64,000 nt of DNA, from positions 1,440,001 through 1,504,000 of the forward strand of contig CBDCTK010000002.1 of assembly GCA_965222225.1 (NCBI GenBank), read 5' to 3'. Below are positions 1-9,283 of this stretch, piece by piece (position 1 is the first letter of the stretch; each line of letters opens with the position of its first letter). A program made the translations under genes and the position numbers. Under the pieces are notes generated by a model, which saw only the letters and a program-made list of their open reading frames with translations, ran no database searches and had not been told where the DNA came from. The DNA is from Candidatus Poribacteria bacterium (GTDB lineage Bacteria; Poribacteria; WGA-4E; JAJDTR01).

Positions 1-22
1 GAAGACACGCAATAAAGGGATT

Positions 23-55
23 TCTATCGCAGTCGCTATTCGCTCCCTTGATCGC
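23..55. repeat. Dispersed 33-bp repeat copy 1 (inverted copy at 30941-30973), REP-like
   Basis: TCTATCGCAGTCGCTATTCGCTCCCTTGATCGC matches the reverse complement of 30941-30973 at 29/33 positions; on the minus strand it is preceded by GTAG (GTAGTCGCGATC). Confidence 0.6.
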
Positions 56-322
56 GACTACAAACCGAATAGTGTAAATCCTATATGCATAATTCTTGGT
101 TGAAATGACTATATCTGTTCCAATCTCGGCAGAAACCACTCGGTAGTTGGAAGTGTCAAGCAGTTGTGTCAAGAGCGCATACATCGGAGCCTCCAGAACC
201 ATATTGGGTATCATTGCAATCAACTTGGACTCATAAGGGCAAACGCGCGTTCCCGTAGCAAGTTTCATTCCCACACTTAACCCTGAAGACCCAAAAAAGT
301 ATAGTCACGGTTTAACGGGCAA

Positions 323-1966
323 ATGATGAAACGTCAACTTTTATTCATCGTAATCATTACTGGATACGTGTCGGTTGCCATTCTACCGACATGTGCCCGG
401 CCTACGAATACTTCAGCCCACTGGTTGCTTGCAGATACCAACCCTGATGCCCGTTCACGTGCGGATTTTGAGGCATTCATTGACCTCTTGGTTGCTCGCG
501 GAAACGTACCTTCCAATCGGATACAGCACATTGAGGCAGAGCAATGCACCAAGGCAGGGATTTACAAAGCAATTCGGAACCTCGCTTCTCGTATGCAACA
601 TGGAGAACGGTTCATCTTCTTCTATCGTGGAGGAGTGACCAAACCGCCTAGAACAAACTCGATATATCTATTATCCCACGGCGCCGGATCAGCGAACTTA
701 GCGGAAGCCGTGCAGGATACAGAATTGAACCGTTGGTTTCGTGAAGCTGGCGCTAAACATGTAACCGTTCTCTTTGACGGCTACACCAACGATCAGAGCA
801 TCTATGCCTACCTTGCCAACCGTGAACTGCTTGGCGTGGCAGCGCTTGTATCAATTAAGTCTGCCAAAAAAGATGAAGACTCCCTGCTTCGGTCGGTGTT
901 GTCGGCACTCAACATTGATGCGAGTGATATTGACGACAATCGGAAAATTGCTATTGGTGAACTCCACGAGTATGTTGTCACAATAACGCCACCACAGGAA
1001 AGCATTGTTGTGCCAACCGGGCCCGTGGAGACACCCATTCTTAAACTCCCCCCGATGCTCAAAATCACTACTGTTCCGGAGGGAGCGTCGGTATTTCTAA
1101 ATGGCGAAGATATAGGCGCAACCCCTCAGCGCGTGATTGATAACCTAAAGAGGGGAAACTACGAAATTCGGGTTAAGAAGCAAGGTTATTTCATTCCACC
1201 GACGCGCTCTACGGAAGTTGGCATGAACCAAGGGGAAGCTGTTGAAGTTTCTTGGGCACTAAAACCAATCACGGTGTATGGAAAAATCAATCTTCCCGGG
1301 AGTAAGGTACTAGAACAGATAACCGTATGGATTGAGGATACAATTCACAAACAGACAATAGGCTTGGACGGAAATTATTGTTTTGGGGATTGGGACGCTG
1401 ATGATTTACTGTCGGTTGGAAAAACGTATACGCTAAAGTCGGAGGCAGCAGAGATTTACCACGCTGAAACCACTTTTACCTTTGAAGGACATGATGCGAT
1501 TGAACGCAATCTGACTCTTGCCGAAAAAACGTGGTTTCAAGTCGCTCAGGAACGATTCGATCAAAAGGATAATGAGGGAGCAATTGCAGCGTTTCAAAAC
1601 GGCATTGAAATTACGACCGAGTTTCCGCCACTATCTCCAGAGTTGACAGTGCTGCTTTTCAACTCGTTCTCAGCTGCCGTTGACAGCATGAATATAGAAA
1701 ATATCGCCTACCTAGTCGCCACGGCGCAATTGTCAGATAGATTTGGAGATAAAGAATCTTCCAAAATCTACTGGAACCGAGTCAAGTCGCAAGCAAATAA
1801 AGGAACGGTTGAATACGACCTAGCGTCGAAACGATTGCGAGAGTTAAATTTGACCCATTATATCCTCAACGGGGCGCTCATTGTTCTTCTGGTTGTTGTG
1901 CTAATCTCCGGTGGGTATACCGCGAGAAAATATTTGGCGAGAAAAAAAGCGGGGAATGACTCATAG
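323..1966 (+). CDS. Membrane-anchored caspase-like (C14 fold, catalytic residues absent) + PEGA domain protein
   Basis: N-terminal signal-like hydrophobic segment. FIFFYRGG and VLFDGY occupy the FYxGHG/DAC positions, DIDDNRKIAIGELHEYV is typical of bacterial C14 domains, ITTVPEGASVFLNG...YEIRVKKQGY is a PEGA signature, and there is a C-terminal TM helix with a basic tail. Confidence 0.65.
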   Translation: MMKRQLLFIVIITGYVSVAILPTCARPTNTSAHWLLADTNPDARSRADFEAFIDLLVARGNVPSNRIQHIEAEQCTKAGIYKAIRNLASRMQHGERFIFFYRGGVTKPPRTNSIYLLSHGAGSANLAEAVQDTELNRWFREAGAKHVTVLFDGYTNDQSIYAYLANRELLGVAALVSIKSAKKDEDSLLRSVLSALNIDASDIDDNRKIAIGELHEYVVTITPPQESIVVPTGPVETPILKLPPMLKITTVPEGASVFLNGEDIGATPQRVIDNLKRGNYEIRVKKQGYFIPPTRSTEVGMNQGEAVEVSWALKPITVYGKINLPGSKVLEQITVWIEDTIHKQTIGLDGNYCFGDWDADDLLSVGKTYTLKSEAAEIYHAETTFTFEGHDAIERNLTLAEKTWFQVAQERFDQKDNEGAIAAFQNGIEITTEFPPLSPELTVLLFNSFSAAVDSMNIENIAYLVATAQLSDRFGDKESSKIYWNRVKSQANKGTVEYDLASKRLRELNLTHYILNGALIVLLVVVLISGGYTARKYLARKKAGNDS

Positions 1967-2034
1967 CGCGTTTTAGAGATTTGTGCGGACATGCACGTTT
2001 CCTCATATCTCTTGCGTTTTACGGGAGTTAACGA

Positions 2035-3075
2035 ATGTTCTTCTTCAAGTTCTTGAGACGAAAGCAGTACCAACAATTGCTTGACGTACCAAGACGTCTT
2101 CGACAGCAGTGTAGGCAGTTTGAAATGAACGCCAAACTCCTTGAAAAAGAGAAAAAGGATCTAAAGGAGGAATACCGGAGAGAGCGGGCGGATCTTGATG
2201 CGCGATTGAAAAAACTGCGGCATCAAGCACAGGATTATGAATCGCTTCAAGTAAGATTCCAGAAGTTGAAAGACGACGTAGAAACCCAAATTGCGGAGGG
2301 AATTGACACAGAAATCAAGAAATTGGGACTTAGCCCAGCCCAAGTCGAGACGCTTTGGGCAGATAGAAAAGATCTCATTGAGTTGTACCTCAAGAAACTT
2401 TACTCGCTCGCGAAAAAGTTTGCCATGTCGAACAAAGAGATGAGAAAAAACCGAGGTTTATTCCTGTTACTCGTCGATCAACGTAACATGGCGAGTGATA
2501 ATTTCTCGGAATTCCACGACGGTCAGACAGAAAACCTCACACAGGAAAAATACAAGAAGATTGATGGAATACCTCATATCTTCTCTTCCAATATTGATGA
2601 AGTTCTTGATTATATGGGTGAGAAAGTTGCGATACAGGATGAGAGCGGGGAGATTACCGGCTATGAAGAGCGCGATGGCGCTTTGCTAATCAATTTAAAG
2701 GGATTAGCTTTCCGATCGTGCATTATGGTGGAAGGAGTTCGTACACATCAAGTGTACGAGAAAGTCGAGGCGTTGCAAAAGGGAAGCGCTAAGCACAATG
2801 CAGGTATCTATGCATCATCATTGGACGAAGTTTTGGCGGCGATTATAGTCAGCGAGGAAAACAGTGAAGTTGTTTTATTTCGAGATGGGCAATTTGTTAA
2901 GAGTTTTGATCCCTTCACGGATACAGAAACGTTAAGACATCAGCAACTTACCCACGTTCAACTTCAAAAGGAAATCGGCTCGGCAGAGGTTAGAGCGCTA
3001 CCGGAGGTCAGCGTTGTCCAAAATGTTGAAGTGGAAAGAGAAGATTCCTATGTTTCCGCACCCCCTGCAGGTTAA
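2035..3075 (+). CDS. Coiled-coil + DisA_N (diadenylate cyclase-like) domain protein
   Basis: ERDGALLI (DGA motif) and GSAKHNAG...AIIVSEENSEVVLFRDG (RHR-region and VSEE motif of DAC domains); charged helical N-terminus. Confidence 0.7.
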   Translation: MFFFKFLRRKQYQQLLDVPRRLRQQCRQFEMNAKLLEKEKKDLKEEYRRERADLDARLKKLRHQAQDYESLQVRFQKLKDDVETQIAEGIDTEIKKLGLSPAQVETLWADRKDLIELYLKKLYSLAKKFAMSNKEMRKNRGLFLLLVDQRNMASDNFSEFHDGQTENLTQEKYKKIDGIPHIFSSNIDEVLDYMGEKVAIQDESGEITGYEERDGALLINLKGLAFRSCIMVEGVRTHQVYEKVEALQKGSAKHNAGIYASSLDEVLAAIIVSEENSEVVLFRDGQFVKSFDPFTDTETLRHQQLTHVQLQKEIGSAEVRALPEVSVVQNVEVEREDSYVSAPPAG

Positions 3076-3201
3076 AGAAAACATGCAACGTGGCTACAAA
3101 TAGTAATCAAGCGTGGCTTTCGAAAGGAAAAGAGGAAGGGCTGAAAGCCATACTTCCCTTTTCCATCCTTCCTCACGGCAGTACATTTCTCCCTTAAGAT
3201 G

Positions 3202-4722
3202 CTACACTTCGTAGCGCAAATGAACAACTTTGTTAATCGCGTCAATGTACGCCTTTGCGCTAGCTTCAATGATGTCCGTACTTGCACCGTAACCGACAAT
3301 TGAATGCTGATTGTCCTGAACCCTGATTGTCACCTCTCCCATAGCATCTTTCCCCTCCGTCACGGACCTAATACTGTAATCTGCAAGAACAAGAGGAATC
3401 TTAGCGACGCGATCAATCGCTTTATAGGCTGCGTCGACAGGCCCGTCGCCCGTTGATGCTTCTTCAATGAGGCCCTCCTCCGTTAATATACCCACGGTAG
3501 TTGTAGGTGAAATCTTCGTTCCGCAAACGACTTGGATATATTCAAGTTGGAAAGTTTCCGGAATTGAGCGAACCTCGTCGCGCATGATTGCATCAAGATC
3601 GGCGTCGTGGACCGCCTTCTTCTTGTCTGCGATTTCAAGGAAGCGTTCATAGATTTTATCGAGTTTTTCCTGTGTGAGATTGTAGCCAAGCACGCTTAAA
3701 CGGTGTCTCAGCGCGTTCCGACCGGATCGTGGACTGAGGATGATCTGGCTCTCTTGCCAACCCACATCTTCGGGATCGATAATCTCAAACGTATCCCGCT
3801 GCTTTATCACGCCATCTTGATGAATACCCGAGCTATGTGCAAAGGCGTTGGCACCGACGATGGCTTTGTTTGGCTGAACCGGAATACCCATGGTTCGGCT
3901 GACTCGGCGGCTTATCGGCACAATCTCCTTCGGTTCGATGCCAGTATGGTACCCCTCGAAATAATCGTTGCGCGTTCGAATTGCCATCACAATCTCTTCC
4001 AACGAAGTATTTCCTGCCCGCTCCCCAAGCCCGTTAACGGTGCACTCGACCTGACGTGCTCCGTTTTTGATTGCTTCCAAACTGTTCGCCACGGCAAGAC
4101 CAAGATCATTGTGGCAGTGGACGCTAATGACCGTGTCACCGATATTCGCAATACTAACAAATATCTTGGCAATCAACTTCCCGAAATCTGACGGCATTGC
4201 GTACCCTACGGTATCAGGAATATTGATGATGGTTGCCCCGGCGTCAATTGCCGCCTCAATCACCTTGAACAGATAACTAGGTTCCGTCCGTGCGGCGTCC
4301 ATTGGTGAAAATTCAACGGTTTCACATAGGCTCCTTGCATAAGTCACGGCATCAACCGTTCGCTTCAGTATTGTCTCACGATCGGAGCGAGTAATTCCCG
4401 CGACGTGAATATCCGATGTGCCGACAAAGGTATGGATACGAGGCTTTTTGGCATCCTTGATCGCACCCCACGCCGCAGTGATGTCTTTCTCAACGATTCG
4501 TGAAAGCGCGCATATTTCTGGGCCTTCTACTTCGTTCGCAATGCGTTCCACCGCATCGAAGTCACCAGGTGATGAGACTGGGAAGCCGGCTTCGATAATA
4601 TCAACATTCAACTTAGCCAGATGTTGGGCAATTTCTAACTTCTCTTCGAGATTCAACGCGGCGCCCGGGGTCTGCTCGGCATCACGAAGGGTTGTATCAA
4701 AAATGTAAACTTGCTCAGACAT
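3202..4722 (-). CDS. leuA: 2-isopropylmalate synthase
   Basis: IFDTTLRDAEQ, HCHNDLGLA, GLGERAGN, AHSSGIHQDG and the C-terminal regulatory domain GDGPVDA. ATG at 4722 has an AAGGAG RBS; an alternative in-frame start lies at 4833. Confidence 0.95.
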   Translation of the reverse strand: MSEQVYIFDTTLRDAEQTPGAALNLEEKLEIAQHLAKLNVDIIEAGFPVSSPGDFDAVERIANEVEGPEICALSRIVEKDITAAWGAIKDAKKPRIHTFVGTSDIHVAGITRSDRETILKRTVDAVTYARSLCETVEFSPMDAARTEPSYLFKVIEAAIDAGATIINIPDTVGYAMPSDFGKLIAKIFVSIANIGDTVISVHCHNDLGLAVANSLEAIKNGARQVECTVNGLGERAGNTSLEEIVMAIRTRNDYFEGYHTGIEPKEIVPISRRVSRTMGIPVQPNKAIVGANAFAHSSGIHQDGVIKQRDTFEIIDPEDVGWQESQIILSPRSGRNALRHRLSVLGYNLTQEKLDKIYERFLEIADKKKAVHDADLDAIMRDEVRSIPETFQLEYIQVVCGTKISPTTTVGILTEEGLIEEASTGDGPVDAAYKAIDRVAKIPLVLADYSIRSVTEGKDAMGEVTIRVQDNQHSIVGYGASTDIIEASAKAYIDAINKVVHLRYEV

Positions 4723-4898
4723 TGTGTTATTCTCCTTTTCGGTAGTTTCCACAATTTCGGTCCGTTGTTTCAAGGACGTGAGATTGCGTTCAGCGTCGCG
4801 CAAATCCGATTCTTCGGTCGTCTTCAACCCCATCTACATCACCTCCTTCGCGGATTCAAATCCGCCTTGATTAGGTATCGAACTCCATGCTTTATTCT

Positions 4899-5915
4899 CT
4901 AGACTTCCCGACCTATCGCGCCGGCGATTGATTTAAGGTCGAGCATGAGTTGATCGAATTGATCGGGAAATAGCGACTGCACCCCATCGCCGGTCATCGA
5001 ACTGTCTGGGTCGTGATGAACTTCCAGAAGTAGTCCATCCGCTCCTGCGGCAATAGCCGCTTTCGACATTGGTGTAACAAGGCTCCGGATACCTGTTCCA
5101 TGACTTGGATCTACGACGATAGGCAGATGGCTCAACTCCTTAATCACTGGCACCGCGTTTAGGTCAAGCGTGTTCCGTGTGTGCGTCTCAAAGGTACGAA
5201 TTCCGCGTTCGCACAGAATCACGTTTGGGTTACCTTCGGAAAGGATATATTCGGCTGCGAGCAACCATTCCTCAATCGTTGCCGCAAATCCACGTTTTAG
5301 AACTACGGGCTTGCCCGATCTCCCTACCTCGCGCAGAAGATAGAAGTTCTGCATATTCCGTGTCCCAAGTTGAAAAATATCTGTGTACCTGCCAACGAGC
5401 TCGACATCGTGTGGCGTCATGACTTCCGTGATAATTCCAAGCCCCGTTACCCGCCTTGCCTCCGCGAGCATCTTGAGAGCAGGCTCGCCATGGCCCTGGA
5501 AATTGTAGGGGCCTGTGCGTGGTTTGAATGCGCCACCTCGAATGAAGGTCGCACCCGATTTCGCAATTTCTTCTGCAATTGTGACAATCTGCTCGGTATT
5601 CTCAACTGCGCACGGTCCTGCCATAACGATAAGCTTTTTACCACCTATCTTCGTGCCGTTGGCTTCAACAGTCGTTGGTTCACCACGAAATTGACGGCTC
5701 GCCAACTTGTATGGTGCGCTTATCGGCATCGTGCTTTCGACCCCCGACATTGATTCAATTGGCATGTCACCAAGTCGTGTTTTATCACCAATGACTCCAA
5801 TAACAGTACGTTCTTCGCCGATAGACGGTTGCGCTTTCACGCCGGCAGCCTCGATTCGTTTAATAATATGGTCTATCTGTTCTTGCGATGCCCCAAGTTC
5901 CATAATAATCACCAT
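4899..5915 (-). CDS. aroF: DAHP synthase type I-beta with N-terminal ACT-like domain
   Basis: [28 protein letters not shown] and VDPSHGTG motifs; start MVIIME at 5915 follows GGGAG. Confidence 0.95.
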   Translation of the reverse strand: MVIIMELGASQEQIDHIIKRIEAAGVKAQPSIGEERTVIGVIGDKTRLGDMPIESMSGVESTMPISAPYKLASRQFRGEPTTVEANGTKIGGKKLIVMAGPCAVENTEQIVTIAEEIAKSGATFIRGGAFKPRTGPYNFQGHGEPALKMLAEARRVTGLGIITEVMTPHDVELVGRYTDIFQLGTRNMQNFYLLREVGRSGKPVVLKRGFAATIEEWLLAAEYILSEGNPNVILCERGIRTFETHTRNTLDLNAVPVIKELSHLPIVVDPSHGTGIRSLVTPMSKAAIAAGADGLLLEVHHDPDSSMTGDGVQSLFPDQFDQLMLDLKSIAGAIGREV

Positions 5916-5958
5916 GGTCGCTGTCTCCCTATCGGATTTCCACTTCTCTTCCATATAC

Positions 5959-6000
5959 AAAAAAAGCCCACCATCGACTCTTGTGTCAATGATGGGCTTT
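5959..6000 (-). terminator. Intrinsic terminator (attenuator) upstream of aroF
   Basis: Minus strand GCCCATCATTGAC-ACAAGA-GTCGATGGTGGGC followed by T7, located between the promoter and the aroF start. Confidence 0.85.
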
Positions 6001-6024
6001 GTTAATCAATTAGTGTAGATAATT

Positions 6025-6177
6025 CTATGAAATCATTACTATCGACACCAGCCCATCATCGGAGCGCAAATACAACAAGAATGCATAAAGCACCCAAGCA
6101 TAGACACAACAATAATATACGACATCGTAGCTGTCGAACTGATTTGCTAGGCTGGTATGTAGATGCGGAAGGCACAT
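6025..6177 (-). CDS. Putative aromatic (Tyr-rich) leader peptide of aroF-leuA
   Basis: 50 aa, MCLPHLHTSLANQFDSYDVVYYCCVYAWVLYAFLLYLRSDDGLVSIVMIS, with 6 Tyr, 2 Phe and 1 Trp; it overlaps the antiterminator CGATGATGGGC (6051-6061). RBS is weak. Confidence 0.65.
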   Translation of the reverse strand: MCLPHLHTSLANQFDSYDVVYYCCVYAWVLYAFLLYLRSDDGLVSIVMIS

Positions 6178-6221
6178 AAGTCTCGGTTATTGAATCACAA
6201 GTTTACCAATTTCCACCTTGT

Positions 6222-6250
6222 AGTGTAACAAACATGTTTGTAAATGTCAA
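6222..6250 (-). promoter_or_regulatory. Sigma70-type promoter of the aroF leader, with a palindromic spacer
   Basis: TTGACA-17 nt-TACACT; the spacer contains the perfect palindrome ACAAACATGTTTGT (6228-6241). Confidence 0.75.
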
Positions 6251-6255
6251 GTTTA

Positions 6256-7491
6256 TTATTCGATTACAACGCGGCGAAAGCGTTTTTTTCCATGACGAAG
6301 CAACAGGGTACCGTCATCAAGATGTTTCTCTGTTACAATCGAATCTGACTCCTTCACCTGCTTACCATTCAGGTACGCACCTCCCTGTTGAATTAGGCGA
6401 CGGACGGCGCTCTTGGAACCACCCAAGCCAACTTCACAGAACAGATTTACGATGGGGATTCCGCCTGTGAGCCTATCAGCGTTGATGGTTGTCGTTGGAA
6501 TCGCCGACAAATCAATGCCCTCATCTCCAAAAGCAGCACGCGAAGCATTGCGTGCGTTCTCGGCTTCAGTTTCCCCGTGAGCGAGTTTGGTAACCTCATA
6601 GGCAAGTACCTCTTTTGCCTCTCGAACCGATTCGCTCTTTAATTTCCCTAATCGTATAACTTCATCCATAGGCAAAAGGGTAAAACACGCCAGAAACCGC
6701 TGTACATCACGGTCATTGATGTTAACCCAGTATTGGTAAAATTCGTAAGGAGATGTGCGGCTAGTGTCGAGCCAGACCGCGCCACCTGCCGTTTTACCCA
6801 TCTTTTCGCCACTCGCAGTGGTAAGTAGTGGGAACGTCACCGCATGTACAGTCTTCCTCTCAACGCGACGAACCAGGTCAACGCCCGCCAGTATGTTTCC
6901 CCACTGATCATCGCCGCCAAGTTGGAGTACGCAGCCATGCTGTCGAAAGAGGTGAAGGAAGTCGTAAGCTTGCAGGAGCTGGTAGTTGAATTCGATAAAT
7001 GATAGCCCCCCTTCGCGTTCAAGGCGCTGTCGGTAAGCTTCTGCCCTAATCATCTCATTGACGCGGAAGTGTCGTCCAATGTCGCGCAGAAATTCAATGT
7101 AACTAAGTGGAAGTAGCCAATCCGCGTTGTTCAGGAATATACCGCTTGCATCGCTAAAATCGAGATAGCGCTTTAGTTGGGAGAGGATTTCCATCCCGTT
7201 GGATTCAATCGTTTCACGCGAAATCATCTGGCGCATTGTAGTTTTACCGCTAGGATCGCCTATCATCGTGGTTCCGCCCCCAATGATAGCAATTGGGGTA
7301 TGTCCTGATCGTTGAAGGTGCACCATTGCCATAATGGGAACAAGACTCCCCACATGGAAGCTGTCGGCGGTCGGATCAAATCCGACGTAGTAGGTAATCT
7401 TCTCTACGGACAACAGCCGTGTGATTTCATCCGCATTGGTACATTGTTGTATGAATCCTCGCTCTTTCAAGGTTTCAAAGACATTCTCCAC
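6256..7491 (-). CDS. tyrS: Tyrosine--tRNA ligase
   Basis: YVGFDPTADSFHVGS (HIGH-like), QLGGDDQWGNI, KMGKT (KMSKS-like) and a C-terminal S4 domain; GTG start at 7491 follows GAGGTG. Confidence 0.96.
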   Translation of the reverse strand: MENVFETLKERGFIQQCTNADEITRLLSVEKITYYVGFDPTADSFHVGSLVPIMAMVHLQRSGHTPIAIIGGGTTMIGDPSGKTTMRQMISRETIESNGMEILSQLKRYLDFSDASGIFLNNADWLLPLSYIEFLRDIGRHFRVNEMIRAEAYRQRLEREGGLSFIEFNYQLLQAYDFLHLFRQHGCVLQLGGDDQWGNILAGVDLVRRVERKTVHAVTFPLLTTASGEKMGKTAGGAVWLDTSRTSPYEFYQYWVNINDRDVQRFLACFTLLPMDEVIRLGKLKSESVREAKEVLAYEVTKLAHGETEAENARNASRAAFGDEGIDLSAIPTTTINADRLTGGIPIVNLFCEVGLGGSKSAVRRLIQQGGAYLNGKQVKESDSIVTEKHLDDGTLLLRHGKKRFRRVVIE

Positions 7492-7531
7492 TAGACAACA
7501 CCTCACTATGTAAAATATTTGACCCGCCAAC

Positions 7532-7570
7532 AAAAAAGCCCATCATCGACTATGTCTTTCGATGATGGGC
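7532..7570 (-). terminator. Intrinsic terminator (attenuator) upstream of tyrS
   Basis: Minus strand GCCCATCATCGA-AAGACATAG-TCGATGATGGGC followed by T6. Confidence 0.85.
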
Positions 7571-7596
7571 GATTGGTGAATGCTTGTTAGGAACCT

Positions 7597-7737
7597 TTAA
7601 GATACTTTTTCAGTTGCCACCAGCCCATCACTACACCACCCGTAGAATATATACAAATATCTCACGGCATTAATTCGCGCATGACGGTTAAGGATTCCGT
7701 CTATGCTAATGATGGGGTACGAATCAATTTTTCTCAT
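7597..7737 (-). CDS. Putative Tyr-rich leader peptide of tyrS
   Basis: 46 aa, MRKIDSYPIISIDGILNRHARINAVRYLYIFYGWCSDGLVATEKVS; the YLYIFY cluster lies just upstream of the antiterminator GTGATGGGC (7623-7631). Confidence 0.65.
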   Translation of the reverse strand: MRKIDSYPIISIDGILNRHARINAVRYLYIFYGWCSDGLVATEKVS

Positions 7738-7769
7738 AATCAAACAGAGTCCGTATGAATTGCAACTAA

Positions 7770-7799
7770 ATCATAACTGATGATTCTTTGAGATGTCAA
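7770..7799 (-). promoter_or_regulatory. Sigma70-type promoter of the tyrS leader
   Basis: TTGACA-18 nt-TATGAT. Confidence 0.7.
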
Positions 7800-7966
7800 G
7801 CAAATCTTGTTCCAATTCCCCCCACTTTCCGATTCCATTTGCCCCCATGCACACATCAATGCAGGGATAAATGAGCGAACAACATTTGCCGAGGAACTAG
7901 CTGGGAAAATGGCAAGTTTGAACGATCGGGAGAGGGCGTCCGGCAGGCTTTGATGTACAATTCAGT

Positions 7967-7995
7967 TTGACAGAATTCATGGGAAATAATACCAT
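7967..7995 (+). promoter_or_regulatory. Sigma70-type promoter of the Met/Cys lyase gene
   Basis: TTGACA-17 nt-TACCAT. Confidence 0.55.
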
Positions 7996-8052
7996 AGCTT
8001 GCAATCTGAAGGAGGAAATAGATACCTTCTCTATCAGGAAAAGGAGATAACC

Positions 8053-9278
8053 ATGACAGTTAAACCACATCGCTACGGGTATGCAACGAAAGCTATACAC
8101 GCTGGCGAGGAATCTCTTCCAAGGACGGGGCCACTAATTCCGCCAATCTACCAGAATAGCACATTCCGATTTGCAACAGCAGATGAATGTGTAATTGGAT
8201 TTACCGAAAAAAGCGCTGACTATGTTTATACCCGCTGGGGAAATCCCACTCAATCGGTGCTAGAGGCTAAGATTACCGCGCTTGAAGGAAGTGAGGACGC
8301 CTTAGCAACGGCGTCGGGCATGGCACTATAAGTACGGCACTACTCACACTGCTTGAGCGTGGAGATCACGTCGTAGCGATGGACTCGCTCTATTCGGCAT
8401 CACACAACGTCCTCAATGAGGATTTGCCTCGAATGGGAATCGAAACAACTTTTGTGGACGGAACAAAGGTAAACGAAATTGAGCACGCGATACGTGCCAA
8501 CACTAAGGCAGTTTATATTGAAAGTCCGGCGAATCCGACGCTGAAGCTCGTTGACATCCGTGCTTGTGCGGAAATCGCGCGGAGCCATAGTACAACGACA
8601 ATTATCGTCAATACATTTGCCTCACCATGTGGGCAACAGCCCATAGCCCTCGGAATTGATATTGTCCTTCATAGCATGACTAAATATCTGAGTGGAAACG
8701 GTACGGTTATTGCCGGAATCATTGCGGCTTCGGCAAAATTCGTCGAACGCGCGAAGACACAGGTGTTGCGAAATGTCGGTGGGATAATCAGTCCATTTAA
8801 CGCCTGGTTAACACTTCACGGTATTGCAACGCTTCCATTGCGTTTTGCGCGACACTGTGAAAATGCTTATCAAGTCGCAACTTTTTTGGAAAGCCATCCC
8901 GCTATCGAATGGGTGCGCTATCCGGGCCTTCCTAGCCATCCGCAGCGTCAGCTCGCCAAACGGCAGATGCAATCTTTTGGAGGGATGGTTGCCTTCGAAC
9001 TCAACGATGGGATAGAAGCCGGCAGACTGCTTGTAAACAGCATTCAGCTATGCTCGCTGGCAGTGAGTCTAGGCGATGTACGCACACTAATCTGTCACTC
9101 CGCTTCAACCACACATTTGCATGTATCCGCAGACGTACGGAAACGCTCGGGTATCACGGATGGATTGGTGTGTCTTTCCGTTGGCTTGGAGGATGCCGAG
9201 GACATAATCGCAGATCTCGATCAGGCATTATCCTCGACAACGGTGCGACTTGACAAGAGATTCAATACACCCCGATAA
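8053..9278 (+). pseudogene. Frameshifted methionine gamma-lyase / cystathionine gamma-synthase family PLP enzyme
   Basis: PPIYQNSTF, YTRWGNPT and ASGMA in one frame; a 1-nt shift near 8326 restores AISTALLTLLERGDHVVAMDSLY and joins the ORF carrying ESPANP, HSMTKY and SLGD. Confidence 0.8.
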
Positions 9279-9283
9279 TTACA

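Noticed and set aside
3703-4191. Long antisense/overlapping ORFs in the track (e.g. 3703-4191, 29452-29991, 48076-48573, 63476-63931)
   Set aside because: They shadow well-supported genes on the other strand and show no motifs.
7560-7740. T-box riboswitch upstream of tyrS
   Set aside because: No T-box antiterminator consensus; a leader-peptide model fits better.
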